Part shown: piece after piece, positions 27,828 through 40,400 of the stretch
Numbering within the stretch: position 1 is the first letter of the stretch
Layout of the letters: each line of letters begins with the position of its first letter
Assembly (NCBI GenBank): GCA_045837725.1
Contig: JBEWZL010000239.1
Span: 558,001 to 622,000 of the forward strand
DNA: 64,000 nucleotides
Source: Vermamoeba vermiformis
Taxonomy: Eukaryota
Reading direction: 5' to 3'
Notes under the pieces: generated by a model
Seen by the model: only the letters and a program-made list of their open reading frames with translations
Databases searched by the model: none
Told to the model about the DNA's origin: nothing
Translations under genes and position numbers: made by a program

Positions 27828-29219
27828 TTATTTTTTCATTGATTTTAAAGCTTCCTCTCGTAACTTTGTTTCTAAGATCGAATCTGCGGGTACAGAAGAA
27901 CTCTTCTCTTTGTCGTCCTTTCTGCTATGTTCATCAGCTCTGCTTCTCTTTTTTCTTTCGTCACTTCTCGATTCTGAACTGCTGCTTCTGCTTCTTTTTC
28001 TTTTGTGCCTGCGTTCTTTGGATCGCGATCTGCTTCTGCTGCGACTTCGTCTTCGCTCCCTCTCGCGACGTCTGCGCTCACTGTCGCGCTCTCGCTCTCT
28101 GCTTCTGTCTCGACTTCTATCGCGTCTTCTGTCGCTGTCTCTGTCTCTGTCACTTCGTCCGCGGTGACCGTGGCGCTCTCTTCTGTCATCGTTATTGTCT
28201 TGCTCTCGTTTGACACGCGTATCTTCGGCCTGTATACATACGTTAAGTTGCTGCGCTGTCGTTTGCATAGTAGTTAAATATTGTACCTTCACTGAGCGCT
28301 GTTGACTCATTTCAATTCCCTTTTCAATTCTCGAGCTCTCTTCCTAATCAAGCAATTAATGGTATATTCTATGTAAAAATGCAGCGAATGAGTCGCCATA
28401 GCAACTAACGAATGACTAGCGTACAATTGTAGAGTAAATTTCAATTTGGTTGCAAATTTCTAAATGTGGCGTCAGAACTGCACGTTAATTGAGGATTTCT
28501 TCATTGCACAATTAAAGGAACAATTGGTCTAGGTGGATAAATATAGACGAGTTTAATATACCGAATTCGTAAAGTTTGGTACTTACTTTTCGTTTGCGCA
28601 GTTCCGCCTTAATCTCATCCATCATAACTGAAGGAACACCATTGTTTTGTTGTGCGTCTAGTAGCAGTCGCCACAAATCTGTTACGAATGCTGCGGTATC
28701 CTTCTCTAAAAACCCGGTAAGGTTCAGCTGCATTTTTTTAGGATCTACCTCCTGAATATTCAAATAATTATTAATAATTCCACAGTATATATTTTTTCGG
28801 ATATAGAATGTTTTACGAAAGAAAAACGCGAGAATAATAATTAAAATTATTACAACTAATAATTTAGTGAGTAACACGCAAAAAAATTACCTTGCTTTGC
28901 AAGTAACTAGTGACCATATTTATGACTACATCGTCCTCGAAACCTAATATTTCTGTCACTCTTTTAGTAACCCAAGCGGCAATTACATCTATTTTAATTT
29001 TACTGAAGTCCACCTGCACATTACAATTATTAGAACCCAACCGAATCATCTACTGATATTACCTTTTCATTAAATTCAGCAGGAAATTTCATCTTCTTGA
29101 GCTCTCTTTTTTCTTTGTCGCTGAATCGCACATCTTGATCGATGCTTGTACCCTACAAAGGGGATGAGTTAACCGATCGTGCCGAGTAGCTTAAAGGGTA
29201 CCTTAAAGCCGATGTTCAT
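27828..29219 (-). CDS. SRRM1: PWI-domain SR-related splicing protein (SRm160/SRRM1-like)
   Basis: GFKGTSIDQDVRFSDKEK...WVTKRVTEILGFEDDVV...DPKKMQLNLTGFL, followed by an RS/RD-rich tail. Confidence 0.9.
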
Positions 29220-29584
29220 TGTTGGTCTTCGTTGTAGTTCGATAACACAAGTCTGCTAGCTTGGTCAACGATTTTTCTTGGCCACTTTTCAGCCCGCGCA
29301 ATCGAATTCAAAAAAACTATCCGTTGGGCTGTGGTAAAAACTGGATTTTTGACCTCAGACTAACAAACACATTGTTAACTAACACCACAGGACCGTTCAC
29401 TCCAGGAAGTAGAAAAGGTAAGCACTAAATAATTGCAGCAGCTTTTATTTCTCACTGTAACCGGTTATTCAGTATGAATTAAACGTACGGATTCGTTGCA
29501 AAAGGACTATCTTTTGCCATTATTACCACATTTGTTACAGTTTTACAATTTAGTCGTGACTAATTTATGGTTGTTTAAAAATAG

Positions 29585-30466
29585 ATGAGCGCGAAGGCCA
29601 TTGTTACCAAACTCAAAACTTTGGCAGCTGATCCCGCCAACAGAACTTACATTGTCAAGGATCAAGGTTGCTTGCCTGGATTAGTTGTTTTTATGGACGA
29701 TCAAGATCAAGATGTAGTTTTGTTGGCTTTGGAAGTTATCTACTTTTTATCTCTCGAGACAACGAACAGAGAAGTCATGGCTCAACAAGCAGGTTTGTTG
29801 AAAGGAGTTCGCAAATTGATGGCCACCGGCAAGCTGAAGCAAAAGAAGGTTGCTATTGCTGCGTACACCAACTTGCAAGCCTACGCTGATAAGAGTGAAG
29901 AGTCTTCTGCCCCCAGCACACCCAACAGCGCTGCTCCTAGCACCACTTCAAGCGCTGCTGCTGCTCCCCAAACACCCACTTCAACACTGGCCGATCGAAA
30001 GATCCGACCTGGTGGCATTTTCTTCAGTGACAGCGTGCGAACTAGCATTTCACAAGCTCAAACATGCACAGTCTACGTTACTGGCTTGAAGGACGAGAAG
30101 GCAAAGAAGATTATCGGTGATTGCTTGCTGACAGTGAAGGGCGTGATTTCATTCATTATTGACACCAACGAACAGAAGATTGTCATCCGCACAGTCACCT
30201 CACCAGACGTCATCTGTCAAGCCGTGTTCTCCAACACTGGCATGCGTGCTTCAGTTGGCAAAGAAGAAGAAGAGGAAGAAGAGGATGACAAGGAGAATCA
30301 ACGACCAAACTATTTGCCCGAAGCCACTCAAGCTGGATCTAGCAACGGTCGTGGTTGGTTTGGTCTGCGAGGTGCTATTGTTACGATGAATGATGCCAAG
30401 AAAGAACAAAAGCAAGAAGGTGGTGGCTGGTTCTCCAAAATCGGCAAAGCACTCAGCTTCATTTAA
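29585..30466 (+). CDS. ARMC1: Armadillo repeat-containing protein 1 (ARM plus HMA-like domain)
   Basis: LAADPANRTYIVKDQGCLPGLVVFMD matches the ARMC1 N-terminus, and LLTVKGVISF is HMA-like. The ORF is a single exon of 293 aa. Confidence 0.88.
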   Translation: MSAKAIVTKLKTLAADPANRTYIVKDQGCLPGLVVFMDDQDQDVVLLALEVIYFLSLETTNREVMAQQAGLLKGVRKLMATGKLKQKKVAIAAYTNLQAYADKSEESSAPSTPNSAAPSTTSSAAAAPQTPTSTLADRKIRPGGIFFSDSVRTSISQAQTCTVYVTGLKDEKAKKIIGDCLLTVKGVISFIIDTNEQKIVIRTVTSPDVICQAVFSNTGMRASVGKEEEEEEEDDKENQRPNYLPEATQAGSSNGRGWFGLRGAIVTMNDAKKEQKQEGGGWFSKIGKALSFI

Positions 30467-30629
30467 ACTCGCAACGACTTCCATTTTTGTATAAACCCCG
30501 AATCATCTGTACAACATCTTTAAGGATTGCAACTGTGCTCCTAAGCGAGGCAGTAGCGATCTTTCTGTAATTAAATATACTTTATTTACATAGTTGTCAA
30601 GTTATCTTCGCTAATAATACAATGAATGC

Positions 30630-32536
30630 TCAGTTCTTGTCCGGATCATGCACACTTAACGCAGTTTCGATCTTCATCAGCTCATCTAATGACGCTCCAC
30701 TTGTTAGTGCTTGCACAACAACCAAGCGATGTTTGGCTAAGAATAGATCAGTTAGAACGCAAATAACACTCATCAAGTACGTACGATTGAGCGTGTTGAG
30801 ATTGTGCAGTGCTCGTGCGGCAATCAATCGCACTTCAGGAGCGACAGCGTGGATCACAAGTGACGACAGGGCCTTGATGGCATTGGCTTGCATTTCTCCG
30901 TTCTTGTCGTTCCAAAATCCCGCTAAATATCCAATTAGATTAACAGACGTGAGAGTTCTACGTACAATTCGTTGTGAGTTGCAGCAAGGTCCACGAGATT
31001 GACAGTTGCAAACTTTTGTAATAATTGTTGCGCTTGTTTTGTGACTCAATGTCATTGACACTCACTGAAGAACTACTACGCACCGCAGTGACGGTGTCGG
31101 ACTGCGAGTAGATCATGGTCTGTTCAAGCTTCGTCAACACTTTAAATATCTTCTTCACGCCCGAGTGTTCAGCGAATGCCCCGTGCACTTGATCGGACTC
31201 GAGCAGCAGACTGATAGTCCAAGCTGCATCGAGCACGACTGACTCTTGACCGCTGGACAACAGCGACAGCAGCACTGGGAACAGGTCTGAAAGTGTCTTA
31301 ATGCCACCGCGTGTCACAGCTGTCACTCCACCGAGTCGCTGCACCGCCTTGCGAATCAATGTCGCCACTTCTTGACGCGTGTCATCGTAACTCGAGCCAA
31401 TCAGTGTGGCCAAGAGCTGCACAAAAGCAGTGTTGCTGAGTACAGTGCTCGCAATGTCAGAGCTGCGTGCGCTGAGGTGTGCGAGGGCACGAAGAGCAGC
31501 GGGCACAAGGGGCTCAGAGACCACGACCTCCGTGTCTTCATCGCTGGGTAGTGTCGCTACCCCTTCATTGACCTCTTTGAGCAGTGTGTCGCACAGCGCT
31601 GTGACGTCGAGTGCGGGCAGCTCTGTCTTGAGCTCAGTCTCCGTGGGACCTGCATCGCGTGAGTAGAGTGCAGCAGACGCGCAGTGACACGTACCGAGTG
31701 CGAGATTGGCGAGTGTCCAGTAACACAGCTCTTTGATGCGATTGTGCATGTCTGTCTCGTCGCGTGTGCTGCCAGGCGTCACGTGCAGCAAGATGTCACT
31801 CAGCAGTGTCAGACCGTCACTCATCTCACTGCGACATTGCGCTGGCAAAGGGAGTCAGTATTACATGCGTGCAGCGAACACTGCGAGCAGACGTACCCAG
31901 CGAGGACAAGTAGCTGTACACGTGCAGCAAGTGGCGCAGTCGTTTCTTCTCGACGAGTGGATCAGCACTCTCACTGCTCTCGGTGTGCTCTACTGCTCGT
32001 ACATCACGCAGTGCACTAGTGACTTGACTCACCACTCCTTTCAGTAGTGAATGCGGCATCTCTGTTCAAAACATTGAGCTCCACGCCTTAAGCGCTTATA
32101 GGAAAATTACCATTATATATCGTCTTTTCTAATAATATGGCGGCTTTGATTTGCTTTTTAACGTCGCCTGATTTGAGTTTGCTGAATAATACCGAAATTT
32201 GTTTTAATTGCTCCGAATCTGGTTCACCCGCTCCTCGTGCTAACAAATATCAATAAGTGAGTAGATGTGCATGATTGCTGATTAGCGGCTAATTATTCAA
32301 TTTTGAAAATTAAATTTGTAATTCACAACGCGAATCTGTTTCTTACCCGACAATACAATAGGCAAGTTGTTTACTTGTCCCAATTGTCTCTTCAGTGACT
32401 TGGCTACTTCATAGAGTGTTTTTTCAGTGGTTTGCTTGCTTGATTGCTTGAGGAATTTGTACTCTTCTTGGATTTGGTTCAACCGCCGCTCCAACACGGT
32501 AGGTGTTCTGTGATCGTGCAAGTGTTGCAATAACAT
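30630..32536 (-). CDS. ARM/HEAT-repeat protein of unknown function (multi-exon)
   Basis: Helical repeats such as CYWTLANLA, ALRALAHLS, AAWTISLL and AARALHNL. Exons link through GT-AG introns. The start codon is uncertain. Confidence 0.6.
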
Positions 32537-32691
32537 GCCTGTAGTATTGATGGTGGCCTATACTACAGTGTTCGGAAGAATGATAAATTTTATCTTGTCG
32601 TAACCGCCAAACAAATTCCGTCGATCGGCGTCAAATCAGTTCGTTCGCGCAATTCACTGCAACAACACACAGTGATAGGTACACTTTTAAT

Positions 32692-33255
32692 ATGTCTATT
32701 CCGACCAAGCCCAAGGTGAAAGAGGCTCCACAAGAACTCGATCTCTACTTCTCGACAGGTGAAGCATCCAGCTTGGCTTCGCAGTGGCTCAATGCGATGC
32801 AAAAGACCAGTACAAATATCAAAGAGAAGAGTAATGGCGCTGACAAGAATAGCAGCAAAAAGAAAAATAGTGTTGATCCAGACGAAGAAATGATAAAAAA
32901 ATATTTCAAAGAGAGACCAAGCGGATTAGGTTAGTACCGCTGCCTGCAAAATATTTTTTATAATTACTTACAATTATTTTCAGGTCTGGGTGCAGAACAA
33001 CAAGGTGATCTGACAGAAGAGGATTTCAATCTGGATCCACTCGGCAAACAACTGAAGCGCAAGTTCTCGCAGATAAGCAAACAACGCGCAGAATCCAATG
33101 CGCAGGGCACTAAGACAATAGCTGACGACGACAGCGACGAGGAACCTCTCAGCAAGACAGCCCACATCCAGAGCTCGCACCGCGTGGTGGTGCACAAGAA
33201 GGGTGAAGTGCTGCTCAACAAGAAGCACAAGAAGAAGAAAGCGCGCTTGATGTGA
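32692..33255 (+). CDS. Small basic, Lys-rich protein of unknown function (2 exons)
   Basis: ORF 32692-32930 splices to a second exon, giving RPSGLGLGA...KKHKKKKARLM*. Confidence 0.6.
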
Positions 33256-33297
33256 GCCGTGCCCGCATTTATTATCGGTCATATATGTACAAGCAGT

Positions 33298-34173
33298 TCA
33301 ATCGTCCTCGTGCTCGCCAGGCTTCGCGACAATGTTCAAGTTCTCCGCGCCAGGGAACACGGCGTGCACCAAGATCTCCACCGTGCCCGTGCCATTCGTG
33401 TCCTGCTTGATCAGCTGATTCACGTCGCGGAACTTGGCGGGCTCAATCAACACTTCAAACAGCACCTTCTCGCCCTGCGTGCTCTCGCGCTCCAACTTGT
33501 GCACCACCTCGCTCAGCTTGCTCTTCACCGCACTGCTCTGCTGCTGCAACACACTCACTTGCAGCCGCATGCTCGCTCGTTCAATCGGCAGCACCTTCTT
33601 GTCCTTGAGCAGCTTGATGACCGCGAGGGCCTGTTGCTTGGCAGTCTTGGTCGGGTGCATGGACCAGTGCGCGTCTTTCATCGCCTTTTCAATCACTCCC
33701 ACCGTGAACGGCTTCTGCGTCTCGGTGTTGATGCACTTCTCGGCCACGATGGTGGCAATATCCTTCACGAGCTCTTCGCTTTGCACCTTGCGCTCGCCTT
33801 CACCGACTTGCAGCTCTCCTTTTTGCAGAATTTGACGACAGATCTCGATCTGGTTGTCAGAGCCGAAGACTTTTTGAAGATCTTTAATGGGTGCCAGAAC
33901 TCCTTTGGACACGTTTAAAAATACAGTTTGGGTTTGTAATACTTCATTAATATCAGTTTCGCTAATATTAGTGTCGTGTCAGTAAATAGTGATTTTTAAT
34001 AATTAATTTTTCAATCCGATCCTGGATCCGCGGACTTACATTTTATTTTTCCACTCTTGTACTTTGTTCGGATAGCACGCTATTTCAAAGCGTTGTCCTC
34101 CTTTTTTTAGTCTTACAATAGCGAGGTTTGTAAGTCTCTTTTGGTTCACTGGAGTTGTAATGCGTGCTGCCAT
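33298..34173 (-). CDS. SBDS: Ribosome maturation factor SBDS/Sdo1
   Basis: [40 protein letters not shown] and ILQKGELQV. Confidence 0.96.
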
Positions 34174-34481
34174 TTGCTTGGTATTGAATAACAAGTTGTT
34201 GAGTTAGTCACGCGTGTTGTGTTGTGTTTGAAAATAAATTAGTGAGTGAATGAATTCTGGTCGATGACTTTTGGTTCTCGCGTTCTCAGCATTTTATCAC
34301 ACGAGGCGCAGAATTTCTGTTTTTTTCCCACCGCCAAATTTGTCGCGCTCACGAAGCTAATTTATTTTATTGCTGTATATGGTTACCATAGTGTTATTGT
34401 AGTGTATTTTTATCGTTATTTATTGTATTTTAGCCATGTTTAATTGACAGATCCCGAACATTGTATTAAAACCATTCAATC

Positions 34482-37400
34482 ATGTCTTGGCTCTTCAAAA
34501 AGAAAGATAAAGACAAAAAAGACAATGAACAGAAAGACACTACGGGAGATATCAGTCCACGCGATGAAGCTACGAAATCAAAACCGAAAGCGTTGGATCC
34601 GAAGTACGTTTCAGTAATTCAACAATTAAATCAAAAATACAATTTAAAAAAAGAAATTTCCATTAATTGACGACGTATTGATCGCGATATAGACCAATCT
34701 GATTTTATTTCATCACAGAAAAATCGATCATTTAGTACAGAAGCTCAAAGCGGAGTGGGAGCATTATATTGAAGCTAAAACGGACAAAGACAGACGATCA
34801 CGGCTTATATCAGTAGCGTCGCAGTTCATACGACTGTACGATGTAAAGAAATTAGAATTTCGTCAAATCAAGCAAGGGTAAGTCCACTACGACTGCTAAG
34901 GTCTTACTCGCTCGATCCACCACTCACTCCGCTACACAGTCTCGTACCCACTGAATTCGTGGCTGCACTCGTTCCCAAATTGACGGCAGAGCTCAATGCC
35001 AATCGCTCAGGCTTGCCGCGAGTGTTGTGCAGTGCCCCCTCCCCCCTCGCGGTGGCGCTCAATCACGTGATCATCGAAGAGAACGATGCACTGCGCGGTG
35101 TACTGGGCCTCGGTGCACTCGCCGATGAGATCACAGTCGCGCTGCAGAGTGTGCTAGATCTCAGCACTGCCGCGAGCACACAGCGCGAGAAGGCACTAGA
35201 TCTGACAGGTCCGCACAGTGCCATCGATGTGCTGGTCAATCTGCTGCTCTCGCTGTGCAGTCACGAGGACGCCATGGACGAGTTTGTGCGCTACGACACC
35301 CTCGATCACGTGCTCTCACTGCCCTTTCACGCCCTGCACTCGTCACCGCACCTCACTGCTGCGTCTCTCAAACTGCTGCTCGTGTCACGTGATCGCTTGT
35401 TGTCGGGGGTCAACACGCTGTTCAAATATCTGCACGTCGATGCGGTCACTCATCTCGTTAAAAAGGTGCGGTACAAATATGCTCATGCAGCCGTGGTCTC
35501 ACCATTCATTCTCAGAAATGGCTCGCCACAGTGCTAGCGACACTGAGTGATCCGAGCACCATGCCCGCAGAACACATTGTCGATATGAGCAGCACGATAT
35601 TCAAGTGTCTCAAAGAGTCGACGCGGTGCAGTGCCGCGCTGTTAGATCAGTTCAAAGAGCTGCAGGGCTATGCTGTCACACTCAAGCTCTTGCTGCACTT
35701 TGATCACGCGCACATTTCCAAGCCCGTCATGGTACGTGTCACATTCCAGCCACTACGCGTGTTGTACTGACCCTCGTTGCGTGCACAGAAGCAGTTCTTG
35801 GACCAAGTGACGGACTTTGTGTTCGTGGGCACGCGTGTGTTGAGCAGCAAGCTGTCCAGTCCCAAACTGCAACTCACCCCCGTGCTGACCAAGAGCTTGA
35901 GTCGTCGCGACAGCAGCATGCTCATGACAGCCACGCGAGAGATCAAGAACATCGACGCCTTCAAGCTGTTTCACGACTACTTCCTCAAGTCCGTGCACGA
36001 CGAGTTCAAGCTCTACGCCCTCGAGTGTGTCACGCAGATCTATGCCTCGCACCCCAACAACTTCCGCATCGTGGAGGAGTTTCATCTGCTCTCGCACTTG
36101 TTGCAAGCAGCGGCCTCGTCCTCAGCGAGTGTGCGGGTACGTTGCGTGCAGCTGTAGTGTTGTGGTACTAATGACTCGCACAGGATGCTATCATGAATCT
36201 ACTCGTGTTCGTGGTGACCAGTGGCATCAATTGCGTGGCCTATCAAGAGCTCGTGGGACTCAGCTGTCTCTTGCAGGGTATGTGATTGCCTTATATGGAT
36301 ATGTGACTGAGTTACCAAATATAGAACACCCCGTGGTGGAGGTGTGTCGTGCAGTGCAGCAGACGGTGCAGCGACTGATCACCTTCGACGCGCAGTTCGC
36401 AGATGTAATGACCGATGCCGGCATGCTGCAAGTGCTGATCACCCTCATGACGCGCATGGACAAGCAGATCAAGTCACTCACCGCCAAGAGTGATCGCAAG
36501 CAAATGAAGCTCATCTCCAGTGAACGGCCCATGACCTACGATGAAATGAGCACCGTGCTGCACACCCTCGCCCTCGTGCTCGAACACTCGCCGCGCAACA
36601 GAGAGTTGTTCCGCCACTCGTAAGTCATCACGTGCTCCTGTGTCTCCGATTCTCACCGAGTTATTCCGCAGTCGATCGGTGGTGGAATTATTTTCGCTGC
36701 TGAACTTCACCGAGACACGCAATGGCAGTCTGGCAGTGAGTGCGGCACTGATCCGCGACGACAATCAGAATGCAGAGGGCGAGACCAAGGCCCTGATCGA
36801 GTACTTCAATCAGCTGCAGGAGATCGATGCGCGTCATCACGTCCTGGTGGCACTTCACACCATTCTGCGCAGCACGTACTGCACCAAGGACTGGTTCAGA
36901 GCCTACGGTGGCTTCAAGGGCATCGAAGTGTCACTCGCGCAACTGCAGGGCAAGCTGGCTGATGACACGTCACGTGGCAGCGAGGCCATGATGCAGTACT
37001 TGCTCGCGATACTGCAGTGCACGGGTGCGGCCATTCACAATCACCAAGAGAACATTCTCTATCTGCGCGAGGACGTCAAATACGACACGATTGAGCGCGC
37101 GATTGTGCAGTCTGGTGTGTTGACGAGCAGCGATCAGCACGCCCTCACGGCACTGCACGCTCTCATCACCCTGGCCTGTCACGGCCGTGCTGCGAGTGAT
37201 CAGCACAGCATGCTCGAACAGCCTGAAGTCATCGCCCTCGCACTGCGCTGTGCCTTCAAGTGTTCGCAGCACACGCGCGAGGCATTCATTGGCACCCTCA
37301 CACAACTCGCGCAACAGTCGCGTGTGAACAGCGCAGTCATGTCGCAGGCAGGGGTCATCTCCATGCTCCTCGCTCAGCACGGTGCCGCAGTGCCCGCAGC

Positions 37401-40400
37401 GGTGTTGGAGCTGATTGAGATCTTGGCCAAGGTGTCCATCTCCGTCACCGAACTGGCGCAGTTAGTGCGACTCATGTCCTTCGACAATCACGAGCACGCC
37501 CTCACACGCGCCCTCTTGCGCATCTGTCACACAGCGCGCAGTCCTTCGTGCGTGTCGTTGAGCAATGCCGTGGAGGGCTGGAGCTGCTTGGAGCTGTTGA
37601 TCACCGATCGCTCGTGGCCCGTGGCTACCTCTTCAGGCTACACACTCATGTTCTGGTTCTGCATTGAGGCGTATGCCAGTGCGGACAATCACCTCGATGC
37701 ATTGTTCCGCTTGATACCCGAGGACAAGAAGAACATCATCTGTCTCTCGCTCAAGCAGGGCAAGCTGTTCCTGCACACCACTGCCAAGGAGTTTGTCGAT
37801 GTGAAGAGCGTGCTGTTCACGCCCGGCCAGTGGTACCACCTCATTCTGGTGCACGAGAAGAACAGATTCGCGCCTGGCTCGAGCGAGATCAAATTCTACG
37901 TGGACGGTGTGCTGCGTGCCACCGAAACACTCTCCTATCCTGCAGCGGTGTCCAATCGATTCACCGTGGAGTTCGGTACCTCCAAGAGCAATGCACTCGG
38001 ACCCTCCAATCAGCTCTGGCTGCTCGGTCCTAGCTACATGCTCGATGGCACGGTGGATGCGCGCGAGGCTCACATGATTGCCGCGCTGGGTCCGAGCTAT
38101 CATGGCAACTTTCAGGGCCCACTCGACATGTACCAGACCTACAGCACCATCAATGCGAAGAGTCTCTCGCTCGTCAGTACGTAATTCATTCATGCGCGTG
38201 TAGGGAGTGCTGATCTTGTGTCGATAGATGAGCTGGCAGGTGGCACACGTCCGCAGACACCTCTGGGCCACTTAGATCTCAGCAAGTCTCGGCTGAACAT
38301 CACCGAGGACCGCATTGTGTTCATGTTGAGTGCCTTCAATGTCAAGTACCGTACGTATCGCACTGTCCTAGTGTCGCTGAATATCGTCGCTGACTCGCTG
38401 CCGCCAAAGTGATGCAGAACAGTGACGAGCTGTCCCTCTCCACCGAAGATCTCATGGAAGAGGACTACGTGGCGTGGACTGCACGTCGCGAGCGTTCAGA
38501 GCCCAACTACCAGCACTGGGCAGTCATTCGTGGTCCGCGGCACCGTGTCGTCACTTCACCGCAGTCCCTCAACAGCTCGCGCTCCAGCAGTGCCGTCACT
38601 TCACCCCGAGCCTCGCGCATGGGCAGTGTCATCAACAGCATCACTGCCCTCGGTGCCCTCGGTGCGCTGGAGGCAGGGGACGTGTTCGCCAATCAACTCG
38701 CCCTCGCCCTCGGTGGTGCGCGGCTGTTGCACTCGATGCCCGTGGTGTCACTGTTCGCGTGCGTGGCAGGACATCGCTTGTTGCTGCACTACCTCGAGTG
38801 CGTGGATCATCCGCAGAGTGGTGCGAGTGTGTCGAGTGCGGAGGAGTGCAGCGAACACTTGAACTTGTTGCTGGCACTGTTCGTGGAGCTGTTGAGCGGT
38901 CCTGCCAGCAGCGTGAACATCCTGCTGTTTGAGCGCGCCAAGGTGTATCCGCTGCTCGAGTACATTCTCAGCTACAAGGGCTATCTGTTCAATGCCGACA
39001 CCGTCGTGCTGCTGTTCGACTTGTTGTGTGCCACGCGCAGCACGGGTCCCAAGTACTTCACCGCGAGCAGCACGCCGAGCAACAAGACGGATCTCAATGC
39101 AGCCACCATCGCCAATCCGTTCATTCTGCGCACGGTGATGATGAACTACGACGTGTGGCGTGCGAGCAGAGTGGAGATACGCCTCAAGTGGCTCAAGCAC
39201 CTCACGGAACTGCTCTCGGGCAACTTCCACAAGGAGTTCAATCTGTGGCGCATGCGCAAGTCACACGCCCTCTCCTCGCTGCTGTACATGCTCAGCGACG
39301 ACACACTCGACGAGGCACTCTTGTCGGGCGTGGTAGATCTCATCTCACACCTCGTGCACGGTGCTGCAGGACTCGACGATCTGCGCGCCCTCTCAGCGTA
39401 CATTGTGGCCACACTGCCGCAGACTGGGCCTGGTGCCCCGGTCAAGCCCAAGCTCAAGCGTACGTAGCTGCAGTTGTGTCGTGTGATATCTAATCGCTGC
39501 TCTCAGCGCGTGCCACAACGGTGCGCAACATGCTGCTCTCCATCGTGCTGGACGTGCTGCTGGGTCAGAAGTGCTCCGAGTCACACGTCAAGGTATGTCA
39601 CGCAGCTGGTATGGTGGGCCCAGCACTCACCTCTTGTGCAGATCTTTGACCCGCAGTGGACATTCCTGTTCATCGACTTCAATCTCGATGTCACCACTGT
39701 CACCTTGGCGCTAAAAATAGCCTGCACGCTGTACATAGACTCGGCGCACTTTGCCACCAAGTTCCGAGCGATGCACGGCTTTGCAGTGCTGCAGCGCATT
39801 CTGCCCTCGTTCAGCTACTGCGTGGACTTGTACTACATTGCCTTCTGCTTCGTGTACAACAAGCCACTGCACGCACTGCCAGCACAGCCCAGCGACTTCT
39901 TGGCCCTGTTCGATCTGTTCAAGGACGCAGCTGCGAGTCAGTCCAAAGAGATGTTCAGCGTCATATTTGCCATGCTCAAGAAGAGCTTTGAGCGCAGTCT
40001 CTCCACTGAGCGCGTCAGCATCTCCGAGAGTGAGCTGCAGCTCGTCAACAAGCGTGCCAGCATGATTCGGACCAGCTCCGATCATCACGTGATCAAGCCC
40101 ACAGGCCCTGCGAGTTGGAAGGGCGGCAGCGGAGGCTCGCTGTTGACGCAATCCATCTTCGTGTCGTGCGGCTTGGTGGACATGCTGAGCGGTCGTCCTC
40201 ATCGCGTGACAGTGGTGTCGAACAACGCCATGGCCACCAAGACCAATCAGAAGACACTGGTGCTCTTCTTGCGCCATCTGTTCAACACGAACAAGAAAGA
40301 GCTGTTTGACATGTTGATGACACGCGATGACACGCTCAATGATCTCGTGGACATGTTGTTCCCGACCGGCGCACTCAACTTGCCGCAGCACCCCAGCAGC

